From: Candidatus Latescibacterota bacterium
GTDB taxonomy: Bacteria > Latescibacterota > UBA2968 > UBA8231
Assembly: GCA_964291625.2 (NCBI GenBank)
Contig: OZ220089.1
Location: 1,088,001 to 1,152,000 of the forward strand
Direction of reading: 5' to 3'
Length of the DNA: 64,000 bases
Position 1 is the first letter of the stretch; each line of letters begins with the position of its first letter. The notes beneath the pieces were generated by a model. It saw only the letters and a list, made by a program, of their open reading frames with translations. It did no database searches and was not told the origin of the DNA. The position numbers and the translations under genes are program-made. Shown one piece after another: positions 8,898 through 18,803 of the stretch.

Positions 8898-11800
8898 CGG
8901 CTCACCGCCAGGCGCACGGTGGCCTCGCCGCGGCTGCCGTCGTCGCCGCGCGCCTCCAGCCGGCAGAGGTAGAGGCCGCTGGCGTAGCCGCCGACCGACC
9001 ACGTGATCTCGTTCGCCTCCGCCGCTCTGACCCCGTCGGCGTCCAGGCGTTCCATCACTTCCCCCATGGCGTCGTAGACCGTGAGGGAGACGCGGGCAGG
9101 CCGAGCGACGAAGAACCGCACGTGGGCCGATTCCTCGCCTCCGGCCGGGTTCGGGTAGCAGTAGGCCCGGGAGGCGGGCAGCAGGTCGAGGTCCTCCGGC
9201 CGCGGCGGAGGCGCCGCCACGGAGGGGTGGGTCCGCTGGCCGGAGGCCGAGCCACCGGGCTGGGACCATCCGGTCGGCAGACCGGCGGCAAAGGCCAGGT
9301 CCCAAGAGACCGGGCGCCACAGGTTCAGCCCTTCTCCGTCGCCCACCGCGAGGTCCAGACCGCCATCCCCGTCGGAGTCGACCAGGACCGGCGCCGTCGC
9401 GGGGACGGCCGGGGACGCCACGGGGAACCCGGACAGGGGCACCGCGTTTCCATCGAATCCGTGTACACCGTTGCCGGCGGAGACGAAGATCTCGGGAACG
9501 CCGTCGGCGTCCAGGTCGGCGGCCACGACTTCGCCGAGCAGGGGTCCCGACTCCTGGTGCACCGGCGGCGCCGCGGGAAAGCCGGGACTGCGCAGGCCGG
9601 CCGCGGACCAGGCGTGCACCGCCTCCGCCGTGGGGACCAGGATCTCGAGCTGCCCGTCGCCGTCGAGATCGGCGAAGGAGGCAGCCGCCATGTTGGGGGC
9701 TCCGGAGGAGACCTGCAGGTCGCCGGCCCCCTGGCCGAAGCTGCGGAGCCGTCCGCCGCTGTCGGCGAGAACGAGGTCGGCGAGACCGTCGCCGTCGAGG
9801 TCGGCCGCCGAGGGCGGCAGCCATGAGCCGGCCAAGTCGCCGGCCACGAGGGCGGCCCCGGCGCCATCGTATCGCAGGAGCTCCCCCTCGCCGAGGATCA
9901 GCAGATCGTCGGCGCCGTCGCCGTCACTGTCGGCCGCGGCCAGCCCCAGGACCGGGGCATCGTGAGTGAAGCGCAACTCTCCGGTGGCCGCGTCGAGGAC
10001 GGACAGCCCGCGGGGCCCGCCCACCACCAGGACCGCGCCCCGGCCGGCGAGATCCGCCGCCAACAGGGCGTGGGAGGGCCGCCCCTCCAGCTGCGTCTCC
10101 CAGGCGGGACCGGCGCCGAGAGGCCGGGCCGCAACCCGACCTGCGGCCGAGCTGGTGAAGAGCAGGCCCTCGTCGGCGGCCAGCAGCAGGTCGTCGACGG
10201 GTGGCCCGTCCGCCGCGGCCGGCGCCAGCACCCGGACCCCGTCCTCGCCCTCGGCCACCAGCTCCGGGCGTCCGTCGCCGTCGACGTCCGCGGCCTGCAG
10301 CCGGCGCACGCCTGCCAGGGGGCGCGGCCAGCCGGCGGCGCTGCGGGTGAAGCTCAAGCGCACGGACATGCGGTCGTCCGGCCCGGAAAGGACCTCGATC
10401 TCCAGGCCGGTGGCCACGCCGGTGTGAGTGACGGTGGCGGGCGCCGTGTCCGCGCCGAAGCGGCTGACGCTGGTGATCGTCCCGACTCCGGGGCCCGTCC
10501 CGGCGAAGAACGGATCCGAGCGGGTTCCCTCGACGAAGTCCTGACGGCCGAAGTAGGGACTGCCGATGTCTCGCGCCCCGTCGGCCTCCACCAGCATCAG
10601 TCCGGGCCGATCGCGCTCGTTGTTGAAGCCTTCGGGTGGAGCCGAGGCCATGACGGCCTCGTCCACGTGCCAGATCAGCACCCCCGATCCGGGGATGAAG
10701 GCATCGTACTCGTCAGCCTGGAGCCAGACCCCGGCGCCGCGGCCGGCGAGGGAGTCGGACTCGGCCGCCGTGATCCGGTGAGACAGCTCCGCCTCCTCCG
10801 GCTCGATCCAGGCGAACTCGCCTGAAGTCGGCGCCTCGACTCCGGGGGGCAGGTCGTGCTCGGTGCGGCCCCGCTGCTGGCGGTTCTCGAGGAGCAGGTA
10901 CTCCGTCGGCGAGAGGGGGACGCGCACGGCGTGGACCTCCCCGCCGCCGACCGCCGGACGGTCCCCGGCGAGGATCTGCACGACCGTGTCGTGGCGAACC
11001 TCTAGCGGCTCGATCCATCCGAGGCGGGCCTTGCTCCAGGCCATGGGGTGGGGGGGCACCATGCCGACGACGAACTCCAGCTCGTCCCCCACGCGGACGA
11101 AGCCGCTGCGGTTGGCCCCCACATCCATCAGGCTCCAACCGCCGACGGCGGGCAACCCGCGGGCGAAGTTCGACAGCCCCGGCAGGCCGAGCTGATGGCC
11201 GAAGAACTTGGCCAGCAGACCGTTGAACCCCCCTCGCCCCCTGAAGTCCACCGCTTCGGGCAGGATCCAGGCCTCGCCGATCACGGCCCCGCCCGCCTCC
11301 ACCGGCCCGCCGTGCTCGTCCAGATCCTCCGGGCGGAGGAAGACGGACCGGATGTCGTTCAACTCGCCGGTCTCGTGGCCGCGGCCGGCGTGGATGACCA
11401 AGTAGCTGTTGAAGGCGCTGAAGTCGGGGCCGTCGGGATCGGCGGCGGCCAGGTCGACGGCGTCGACCAGCAGCTCACGCCAGAGGCGGCCGATCTCCTC
11501 CGGGGAGCGGCCGTTGCCGTAGGAGAGGGCTGGCCGGGGAAGGGTGTAGGCCTCGGCGAGGGCGCGGGGAAAGACACCGGACTCGATGCGCACCCGGCCG
11601 CCGGAGACGACGTCGTAGTAGCGCGCCAGGGCTTCGAGGTGGTGCTCGTAGTGGACCCGGTCGTGAGGCGGCGTGTCGTACGGCTGCGAGTAGTCGGGCA
11701 GGGCCTCGGAGAGGCTGCGCAGGTCGAAGCCGCCGCGCCCGGTGGTGGTCGGCTCGTCGGGCTCCTCGAGGGGGAAGTCGACGCGCAGGACCAGAATGCG

Positions 11801-11926
11801 CCAGTCCTCGACCTCCTGGGCTCCGCCGGGTACCGCCAGGAGAAGAGAGACGACCCCGCACAGGAACCGGGCCGCCCGGCTGCCGAGACGCCTTTCGGGT
11901 GTCCGCCGGCCGCGCTTTGGCTTCAG
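8894..11926 (-). CDS. M6 (immune inhibitor A)-like domain + FG-GAP repeats + T9SS-type C-terminal domain; zinc motif degenerate
   Basis: ILVLRVDF, IHAG, WSLMD.G, WSKARLGW, EYLLLENR, GVLIWHVD, ADLDGDG repeats, YCYPNP...SGLYL CTD; start uncertain (CTG overlapping porV stop). Confidence 0.72.
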   Translation of the reverse strand: MKPKRGRRTPERRLGSRAARFLCGVVSLLLAVPGGAQEVEDWRILVLRVDFPLEEPDEPTTTGRGGFDLRSLSEALPDYSQPYDTPPHDRVHYEHHLEALARYYDVVSGGRVRIESGVFPRALAEAYTLPRPALSYGNGRSPEEIGRLWRELLVDAVDLAAADPDGPDFSAFNSYLVIHAGRGHETGELNDIRSVFLRPEDLDEHGGPVEAGGAVIGEAWILPEAVDFRGRGGFNGLLAKFFGHQLGLPGLSNFARGLPAVGGWSLMDVGANRSGFVRVGDELEFVVGMVPPHPMAWSKARLGWIEPLEVRHDTVVQILAGDRPAVGGGEVHAVRVPLSPTEYLLLENRQQRGRTEHDLPPGVEAPTSGEFAWIEPEEAELSHRITAAESDSLAGRGAGVWLQADEYDAFIPGSGVLIWHVDEAVMASAPPEGFNNERDRPGLMLVEADGARDIGSPYFGRQDFVEGTRSDPFFAGTGPGVGTITSVSRFGADTAPATVTHTGVATGLEIEVLSGPDDRMSVRLSFTRSAAGWPRPLAGVRRLQAADVDGDGRPELVAEGEDGVRVLAPAAADGPPVDDLLLAADEGLLFTSSAAGRVAARPLGAGPAWETQLEGRPSHALLAADLAGRGAVLVVGGPRGLSVLDAATGELRFTHDAPVLGLAAADSDGDGADDLLILGEGELLRYDGAGAALVAGDLAGSWLPPSAADLDGDGLADLVLADSGGRLRSFGQGAGDLQVSSGAPNMAAASFADLDGDGQLEILVPTAEAVHAWSAAGLRSPGFPAAPPVHQESGPLLGEVVAADLDADGVPEIFVSAGNGVHGFDGNAVPLSGFPVASPAVPATAPVLVDSDGDGGLDLAVGDGEGLNLWRPVSWDLAFAAGLPTGWSQPGGSASGQRTHPSVAAPPPRPEDLDLLPASRAYCYPNPAGGEESAHVRFFVARPARVSLTVYDAMGEVMERLDADGVRAAEANEITWSVGGYASGLYLCRLEARGDDGSRGEATVRLAVSR

Positions 11927-12978
11927 AAGTACAGGTTCAGCGAGAATCGCGTGCTGTCCTGGAGGGGCGTGTCTTCGCCGGTCACGTAGGCCACGTCGAC
12001 CTGGAGCATGGTGTACTTGAGGCCGAGGCCGAAGGTCGGGGACCGGAGCTCGCCGTCGTAGTCGAGAGAGTACCCGGCGCGCAGGGCCAGGAAGGACTCG
12101 TCCTTGACCGCGGAGAGGCCGTAGCGGTACTCGCCGCCGGCGTGGAGATCCATCTCCTTGAACTCGTTGCCCAGGGGCTCGTCGACCCAGGCCGTGACCA
12201 GGCTCCTGGCGAAGTGCCCGTCGTCGATCAGCGGCTTGTAGACGTCGGCCGACAGCAGCACGCTGTGGTACTCCGTCTCCATGAGGTCGTAGGCGGCGCC
12301 GACGACGATGTGCTGGGGCAGGGGGTCGGCCTGCCGGGGGTCGATGTAGTTGATCTTGGGACCGAGGTTGCGCAGGGCGGCGCCGAAGGCCAGGGCCGGC
12401 GTGGCGCGCCACAGGAGCCCGAGATCGGCGGCGAAGCTGCTGCCAGTGCCCTTGCCGCGCTCGATCCCGGCCCCCTGGTCGGCCAGGTGGCTGCGGATGA
12501 ACTTGAGTCCGATCCCCGCGGCGAGGTTCTCGCCGATGTCGGCGCCGTAGGCCCCGGAGAAGGCGAGATCATAGCTGGAGAACGTGCCCAGCACCTCGCT
12601 TCGCTCCCCGGTGCGGATCTGCTCGCCGAGGTTCATCAGGGTGCCGTGGAGGCCGACGTTCCCCCAGCCCTCGAGGGGCTGCGAATAGGCGAGGAACTCG
12701 TAGGACATGTCGTCGGCCAGCCCGGGGAGCCACTTCTGGTGGGTGAAGTTGAGCTTGCGCTGCCCCTGTCCGGCCAGCGCCGCCGGGTTGAAGTAGGTCG
12801 CCGTGGCGTCGTCGGCGATGGCCACGTAGGTCTCCCCCATGCCGCTGGCGCGGGCCCCGGGCTTGATGAGCAGGAACAACACCGCCGCCCGGCTCTCGGG
12901 GGTGGCCGAGGCGCGTTCGGTCGTACCGGCCAGGCAGGCCAGGGCCGCCAGGGCGGCGATCATCCGTCGAGTCGTCAC
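11923..12978 (-). CDS. porV: PorV/PorQ-family outer-membrane beta-barrel (T9SS shuttle-like)
   Basis: FLLIKPGARASGMGE...DDATATYFNPAAL, WLPGLADD, LRNLGPKI, ALRAGY, terminal F; GTG start with GGAGG RBS. Confidence 0.82.
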   Translation of the reverse strand: MTTRRMIAALAALACLAGTTERASATPESRAAVLFLLIKPGARASGMGETYVAIADDATATYFNPAALAGQGQRKLNFTHQKWLPGLADDMSYEFLAYSQPLEGWGNVGLHGTLMNLGEQIRTGERSEVLGTFSSYDLAFSGAYGADIGENLAAGIGLKFIRSHLADQGAGIERGKGTGSSFAADLGLLWRATPALAFGAALRNLGPKINYIDPRQADPLPQHIVVGAAYDLMETEYHSVLLSADVYKPLIDDGHFARSLVTAWVDEPLGNEFKEMDLHAGGEYRYGLSAVKDESFLALRAGYSLDYDGELRSPTFGLGLKYTMLQVDVAYVTGEDTPLQDSTRFSLNLYF

Positions 12979-13060
12979 TTTCGGTCGTCCTCCGGTTCGG
13001 TGCCGCCGGACCGCGGGCACCGCAGGAATGAAGATAACCCTCCGAGCCGGGACCCGCGCC

Positions 13061-16000
13061 TCAGGGCGCCACCTGGATCCGCCCGTCGGCCTCCAGGGGA
13101 GGCCCCTCGCCGAGGCGGGCGGAGACTCGGAACAGGTAGGTACCGCCCGCCAACGCCGGTGGGGACCAGGGCACGTGGTTGAATCCCTCCATCGCCCCTC
13201 CCTCGAGGCGGTCCACCTCCCGGCCCGAGAGGGCGTATACCCGTATGTCGACGCTCTCGGCCGGGGCGGCCAGGTTATAGGTGAAGTGCCCGCTGCCATC
13301 GAAGGTCGGGTTCGGATGGAACAGGACCTCGCCCAGGGCGGTCTCCGTCCCCTCGGCCACCACCAGGTCGGCCTCGGCGATGGAGGAGTTGTTGAAGGCG
13401 TCCCACGCTTTGAGACGGATGGTGTGGTCTCCGGGTTCCAGCTCCCCCAGGGGGTACTCCAGGATTCCCTGGCGGTGATCACCCAGACTCGTGTAGAACC
13501 GGGTGACCGCCGTCACGGCCTCGTCGACCCACAGCTCGATCTCGTGGCCCGTCTCGCCGGTGATGTTTATGCCGCTCGGATCCGCCAGACGGGCGGCGAG
13601 GACCGGACGACGTGAGATCGGGTCTCCGCTGCGGAACCGGGGCTTGCCGGCGAAGGCCAGCTCGATGACCGGACCCTCCTCGTCCGCTACCACGTCCGAG
13701 GCGGTACCCGACAGGGCCAGACCGGAGCGGGAACCGAAGGCCGGCGGCGCCCCGTTGGAGCTCGTCACGTAGACGCTCGCCCGGCCCTGCGAGGCGCGGT
13801 AGGTGATGTCCTTCGGGATGCGCAGCCGGGTCCGGAAGCGGCCTCCCTCGACCGGCACGAGGCCCCGGAACAGGGGCGCACCAAGCTTCTCGTACGAGAT
13901 CCCTTCGATCAGGCTCTGCGCCGACGAGTCGAAGAGCCGCACGAGAGCCTGGCCCTCGTGGTCCGCTCTTGGCCGGCCCTCGGCGTCGACGACGGTGCCC
14001 CTCACCTCCAGTTCCATCAGCGCCTCCATCGAGTCGGGCAGGTCGAGGGCCACGCCCACTCGGGGCCGGGCCAGGCGCTGCGCCGAGTCCCCGAAGAGGG
14101 AGTAGCGCTGGATGTTGGTGCGCCACAGGTCGCTCACGTGGACCTGCTTGGCCTCCATCAGGGCCAACCCCAGGGGCACGTGTTGCCTGCCGCTGTGGTA
14201 CATCTGGTGGTGGAACTGGAGAGCCAGCACCATGTTGCTGCTGTGGTAACCGACACGAGTGGCCGAGATGAAACCGATCACCCCGCGGTCGGGCATCTTC
14301 AGGAAGGCCTCGGGCATCGAGTCCTGCGCCGGGTCGTCGAAGACCCCCACGGCGCTCGCCGCGGTGTAGACGAAGGGCAGCCGGCCGCCGTTGTCGATGC
14401 GCCCCACGTCGCGGTTGAGCAGGAAAATGTGTTCGTGGGCCAGGACCTCGGGGTGGCCGTGCCCGATGTAGGTCAGGATCAGCGCCCCTTCGTTGAAGAG
14501 GCGCAGAAACCCCTCCCTGGCCTGGGGTTTCGTGCGGCCTTCGAGAGGGTATGCGCCGATGTAGAACTTGGTCATGTCGAGGTCCCTCGGCATGCCGTGT
14601 CGGGCAACCCTCTCCGCGTCGTGGACGAAGAAGCTCTCCGTGCGCTCCGGAAACTCGGGGTTGGAGACATCGTCGGCCACGAGCAGGATCCGGGTCTGCC
14701 AGGGCCCCGGCTCGGGTGTCTGGTCGTAGCGCAGGATCTTGTCCACCACCCCGTCCGCCTCGGCGGCGGACTGCACGGTGATGCGGGAGACGGCCAGGTC
14801 GGGGATCCTGTCGGTGCCTTCCACCCTCGCGTACCACTCGTCGTAGGTGCTCGGGCCGTCCTGAAAGGGGGGGATCCAGTTCGTGTGACTGAGGCCGGAG
14901 TTGTTCTTGTAGTCGTAGGTCCCGTCGCCCAGGAGAGTGACGTACACGGGCGGGACCGGCCATCTGCGGACGGCCTGGGCCAGGAAGATCCGGATCGCCG
15001 ATGGGTCCAGCAGCCCCCCGGAGAACTCGTCGTAGAGATCCTGCACGTCCACGACCATGGTCTTCAAGGGGGGGCCGAAACGGTCGTCCTCGGCCCGCCA
15101 GTCGGCCAGCCGCCGCGCTGCCGAGGCAAACTCGGCATGGGTGATGATCACGTACTCGGCACCCGCCGGATCACGAGGAGCCTGCACGTCCCTCACCACC
15201 GCCGCCGGGCGCTTCCACCGTCCTGGTTGAAGGGCGACGTACCTCCGAGGCTGCGGCCTGGAGGCCCAGTCCCGGAAGGTCAGCACGCCATCGGCGGCGT
15301 GCTCCAGGCCCACGAGCTCCCGCAGTCCCCTGGAGACCTCGAAGACCCTGGGCGCCCCGTCGGCCGCGGGGAACCCTTCCACTCGGAACTCCAGCACCGA
15401 CCCGGCCTGGGCATCCTCCCCGTCCCCGTCCCCCCGACCCGGTGCGTTGAACCGGATCTCCCCGCCCAGAGCCTTGAGACGGCGAACATACTCCACCTCG
15501 TACCAGTCCAGTCGAATGGGGGCGGAGGCCCGGTGAAACAGCCCCAGCTGGTTGAGCCCCTCCTGAGCTTCCTCCGTGCGTACCTCGATCGTGTGCGGTC
15601 TGGATGTCTTGAAGGAGAACCGCCCCAGGTGGTCGCCATTCCAGCGCAGATCGAAGGCCTGGGAGGTGTTCTTCGACCCCTTGAAGTGCACCCTGGCGAG
15701 GACGGGGACCTCCGGCAGCGCATCGTCGACGACGAAGGTGAAGTTGCGGGCGTTGCCCGCGAACTCTTCCCAGAACCACTCGTAACCCGAGCTGGCTCCA
15801 TTCAACTGGAAGTTGATCAGGTGATCGTCCTCCTCGTGGAGACGCACCCGATATCGGTCGACGACCGCCGAGGGAGCGCCGCCGGGGCCGGATTCCTCGG
15901 TGGCGCGGAGGCCGTCCACGTCGCCGTCGAGGTCGATCCAGTAGACGTTGTCCTTCGTGTACGGGTTCTTCTGCCAGACGAAGCCGGTACCGGTCTTCCA

Positions 16001-16840
16001 CACCCACCGCTCCGGTCCCACGCCATGGAACAGGATGTGGTCCTCCCTGTCGAAGCGGCCGTCGCCGCCGGCCTCCACGACTGACGCCTCCGTCCGCAGG
16101 GACGGGCCGGACGGTATGGCGCGGGTTGCCCCGATTGGCCAACCGCCGCCGTACAAGAGGCGGATCCGCGCCGGGTCGACGCCCTCGAGATCGGCTCCCG
16201 CCTCCTCCAGGTCAGCGGCCGTCACCCGGTAGATGCCCTCGCCGCGCACCACGACCCGGAACATCCCGGTCTCGGGAGTCACCGCCGGGGCCGCCGGTCT
16301 CGCTGCCGGGGGCCTCGGCTGCCGCCACCGGCGTGCCTGCGCATAGTTGAGGATGGTCGCCCGGTAGGATGTCTCGAACGCGTCCGGCCGGGGCGGCCGG
16401 CCCGGGTCGTGGGCGAAACGGACCTCCACCAGGACGCTGTCGTAGATGACGGCCGACCCGTCTGCGTTCCAGCGGGGCCCGAAGGCGAGGGTCACGACCC
16501 GCTGGTGGCGCAGCATCGCCGGCGGCTCCAGGCGCGCAGGGCCGTCCGGCGGCGCGTCCTCCGGCACCTCGGCGAGGGTGGCGATGCCGGCCTCCCGGGC
16601 CTCCAGAACCTCCAGTGCCGCCTCTCCTCCGAGAGGTACGCCGAGCAGGGCCGAGTCGACGAACCGGTGGAGGGGCGGGGCCCCCAGGGAGTCCGCGAGC
16701 CCGGGCCCTTCGTAGAGGACGCGGGCGAACCCCGGGCCGCTGGCGACGAGGCGAACCTCGGCGGAGAGGGTGGACGCCGCCGCCGCAAGGACCGCGATCC
16801 CGAATCTTGCCGTCCGGTGACAGAGGTGGGGGCGATGCAA
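13061..16840 (-). CDS. porU: PorU-like T9SS sortase (peptidase C25/gingipain family)
   Basis: YVIITH, DEFSGG..DP.AIR.F, LLGDGTYDYKN, YIGHG, YSLFGD, D.SGINITG..GH, LKAWDAFNNS, PNP CTD; upstream of porV. Confidence 0.85.
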   Translation of the reverse strand: MHRPHLCHRTARFGIAVLAAAASTLSAEVRLVASGPGFARVLYEGPGLADSLGAPPLHRFVDSALLGVPLGGEAALEVLEAREAGIATLAEVPEDAPPDGPARLEPPAMLRHQRVVTLAFGPRWNADGSAVIYDSVLVEVRFAHDPGRPPRPDAFETSYRATILNYAQARRWRQPRPPAARPAAPAVTPETGMFRVVVRGEGIYRVTAADLEEAGADLEGVDPARIRLLYGGGWPIGATRAIPSGPSLRTEASVVEAGGDGRFDREDHILFHGVGPERWVWKTGTGFVWQKNPYTKDNVYWIDLDGDVDGLRATEESGPGGAPSAVVDRYRVRLHEEDDHLINFQLNGASSGYEWFWEEFAGNARNFTFVVDDALPEVPVLARVHFKGSKNTSQAFDLRWNGDHLGRFSFKTSRPHTIEVRTEEAQEGLNQLGLFHRASAPIRLDWYEVEYVRRLKALGGEIRFNAPGRGDGDGEDAQAGSVLEFRVEGFPAADGAPRVFEVSRGLRELVGLEHAADGVLTFRDWASRPQPRRYVALQPGRWKRPAAVVRDVQAPRDPAGAEYVIITHAEFASAARRLADWRAEDDRFGPPLKTMVVDVQDLYDEFSGGLLDPSAIRIFLAQAVRRWPVPPVYVTLLGDGTYDYKNNSGLSHTNWIPPFQDGPSTYDEWYARVEGTDRIPDLAVSRITVQSAAEADGVVDKILRYDQTPEPGPWQTRILLVADDVSNPEFPERTESFFVHDAERVARHGMPRDLDMTKFYIGAYPLEGRTKPQAREGFLRLFNEGALILTYIGHGHPEVLAHEHIFLLNRDVGRIDNGGRLPFVYTAASAVGVFDDPAQDSMPEAFLKMPDRGVIGFISATRVGYHSSNMVLALQFHHQMYHSGRQHVPLGLALMEAKQVHVSDLWRTNIQRYSLFGDSAQRLARPRVGVALDLPDSMEALMELEVRGTVVDAEGRPRADHEGQALVRLFDSSAQSLIEGISYEKLGAPLFRGLVPVEGGRFRTRLRIPKDITYRASQGRASVYVTSSNGAPPAFGSRSGLALSGTASDVVADEEGPVIELAFAGKPRFRSGDPISRRPVLAARLADPSGINITGETGHEIELWVDEAVTAVTRFYTSLGDHRQGILEYPLGELEPGDHTIRLKAWDAFNNSSIAEADLVVAEGTETALGEVLFHPNPTFDGSGHFTYNLAAPAESVDIRVYALSGREVDRLEGGAMEGFNHVPWSPPALAGGTYLFRVSARLGEGPPLEADGRIQVAP

Positions 16841-16932
16841 CCGCAGGTGAGCGCTCTCGAGTCGGTTTGCTGGCGGGCGGAAGGGCCTGGAAAGTTCCCC
16901 TTGGGGCCGAGGACTGTCAAGGGAGACCGGGT

Positions 16933-16961
16933 TTGACCTATCTCCTTGTGGTTTCTATCCT
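16933..16961 (+). promoter_or_regulatory. Sigma70-type promoter of rpmB
   Basis: TTGACC-N17-TATCCT upstream of rpmB; a divergent TTGACA at 16915-16920 faces porU. Confidence 0.6.
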
Positions 16962-16992
16962 TTTCGTTTCCACTCGCTGATGGAAGGTGAAG

Positions 16993-17220
16993 ATGGCCAG
17001 GGTCTGTCAGGTCTCCGGCAAGCGCCGCATGGTGGGCAACAGCGTCAGCCACTCGCAGCGCAAGACCAAGCGCGTTCAGCGTCCCAATCTCATCAAGAAG
17101 CGCATCTACATTCCCGAGGAAGGCCGCACGGTCACCCTCCGGCTGTCGGCCCGGGCCCTTCGCACGATGAACAAGAAGGGCGTCTTCAAGTATCTCAAGG
17201 AACAGGGCGTCAGGGTCTGA
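16993..17220 (+). CDS. rpmB: 50S ribosomal protein L28
   Basis: MARVCQVSGK...GNSVSHS..KTKR..RPNL; basic, 75 aa. Confidence 0.96.
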   Translation: MARVCQVSGKRRMVGNSVSHSQRKTKRVQRPNLIKKRIYIPEEGRTVTLRLSARALRTMNKKGVFKYLKEQGVRV

Positions 17221-17233
17221 GCGGGGATTCGGA

Positions 17234-18481
17234 GTGACTACCGCGTCCACCTCGGACGCCGGACTCGCCCTCCTCGGCGGCCCCCCCCTCCGATCCGATC
17301 CGTTCCCGTCCTGGCCCGTCTTCGGCGCCGAGGACGAGGCCGCAGTCCTCGAGGTCCTGCGTTCGGGGAGCTGGTTCCTCGGCGATCGCGTCGCCGAGAT
17401 CGAGCGCCGGTTCCCCCAATTCCATCATGCCCGGCACGGAATCGCCGTCAGCAGCGGCACGGCGGCCCTGCAGGTGGCCCTGGAGGCCGCCGGTGTCCGC
17501 CTCGGGGACGAGGTGATCGTCCCCTCCTACACCTTCGTCGCCACCGCCGCCTCCGTCGCCCTCGTGGGGGCGGTGCCCGTCTTCGTCGATGTCGATCCCG
17601 CTACCTACTGCATCGATCCGGCCTCCGTCGAAGCCGCCGTCACGGAGCGTACCCGCGCCGTCGTCGCCGTCCACTTCGCCGGCCAGCCGGCCGACCTCGA
17701 CGCCCTCGGCCGGCTCTGCCGGTCCCGCGGCATCCTTCTGATCGAGGATGCCGCGCAGGCGCACTGCGCCGAGTGGCGCGACCGCCGCGTCGGTGCCATC
17801 GGCGATCTCGGCACCTTCAGCTTCCAGGCCAGCAAGAATCTGAACTCCGGCGAGGGCGGCTTCATCCTCAGCGACGACGACAAGCTGGCCGAGGCCGCCT
17901 GGTCGATCCACAACTGCGGGCGCACCCGCACCGGCGCCTGGTACGAGCATGCCCTCGTGGGCGGCAACTACCGCATGTCCGAGTTCCAGGCGGCGCTGCT
18001 CCTCAGCCAGATGCGCAACCTCGAGGACCAGAGCCGGCTGCGCTCCCGCAACGCGAGCCTGCTGTCCCAACGGCTGTCCGAGATCGAGGGGATCCGCCCC
18101 CTCGAGGTGGACGCGCGCGTCAGCCGTCACGCCTACCACTTGTTCGTCTTCCGTTACGATCCGGCCGCCTTCGCCGGCGTGTCCAGGGAGCGCTTCCTGG
18201 AAGCCCTGAGCGCCGAGGGCATCCCCTGCGCCTCCGGGTACAGGCCTCTCTACCGCGAGCCCGCCTTCCAGGCCCGCTTCCGCGACTACCCCCTGGACTC
18301 CCCCGCCTTCGGCGGACGCCCGGACTACGCCACCGTCCACCACCCCGTCACGGAGCGCATCTGCGCCGGGGAAGCGGTCTGGCTCACCCAGAACCTGCTC
18401 CTCGGCAGCGAAGAGGACACGGCGGGCATCGCCGAGGCGGTCGCCAAGGTCCAGAAGCACGCCCACCGGTTGGCGGACTAG
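17234..18481 (+). CDS. DegT/DnrJ/EryC1/StrS PLP-dependent aminotransferase
   Basis: SSGTAAL, GDEVIVP..TFVATA, IEDAAQAH, FSFQASKNL.SGEGG, GGNYRMSE. Confidence 0.92.
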   Translation: MTTASTSDAGLALLGGPPLRSDPFPSWPVFGAEDEAAVLEVLRSGSWFLGDRVAEIERRFPQFHHARHGIAVSSGTAALQVALEAAGVRLGDEVIVPSYTFVATAASVALVGAVPVFVDVDPATYCIDPASVEAAVTERTRAVVAVHFAGQPADLDALGRLCRSRGILLIEDAAQAHCAEWRDRRVGAIGDLGTFSFQASKNLNSGEGGFILSDDDKLAEAAWSIHNCGRTRTGAWYEHALVGGNYRMSEFQAALLLSQMRNLEDQSRLRSRNASLLSQRLSEIEGIRPLEVDARVSRHAYHLFVFRYDPAAFAGVSRERFLEALSAEGIPCASGYRPLYREPAFQARFRDYPLDSPAFGGRPDYATVHHPVTERICAGEAVWLTQNLLLGSEEDTAGIAEAVAKVQKHAHRLAD

Positions 18482-18497
18482 GCGGAGCTCTCCACGG

Positions 18498-18803
18498 CTA
18501 TCGAGTCAGCCGCTCGATCTCGTGCTGCACCCGTTCCTGACGGATCTGGTCGATCACCTCCTGAAAGGACTTCGCCGTACCGCTCACGACGAGCCGCTCG
18601 ATGGCGTGGACCTCATCCTCGGTGTACCACCCCGAGTTCCTGACGCGCGCCACATAGGCGAGTCGGTCCTCGATGGGGAGACGGGCGATGGCTCCGAGCC
18701 TCTCGAACAGCTTGTACGCCGCCTCGCTCTCGAGACAGCGTTCGACGACGGCGGCGAGCCTCTCTTCACGGCCGGGTGTCTGCGGGGAATCGATCGTTTC
18801 CAC
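18498..18803 (-). CDS. Small helical hypothetical protein
   Basis: GTG start with AGAAAGGA RBS; 101-aa charged helical ORF filling the gap. Confidence 0.55.
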   Translation of the reverse strand: METIDSPQTPGREERLAAVVERCLESEAAYKLFERLGAIARLPIEDRLAYVARVRNSGWYTEDEVHAIERLVVSGTAKSFQEVIDQIRQERVQHEIERLTR

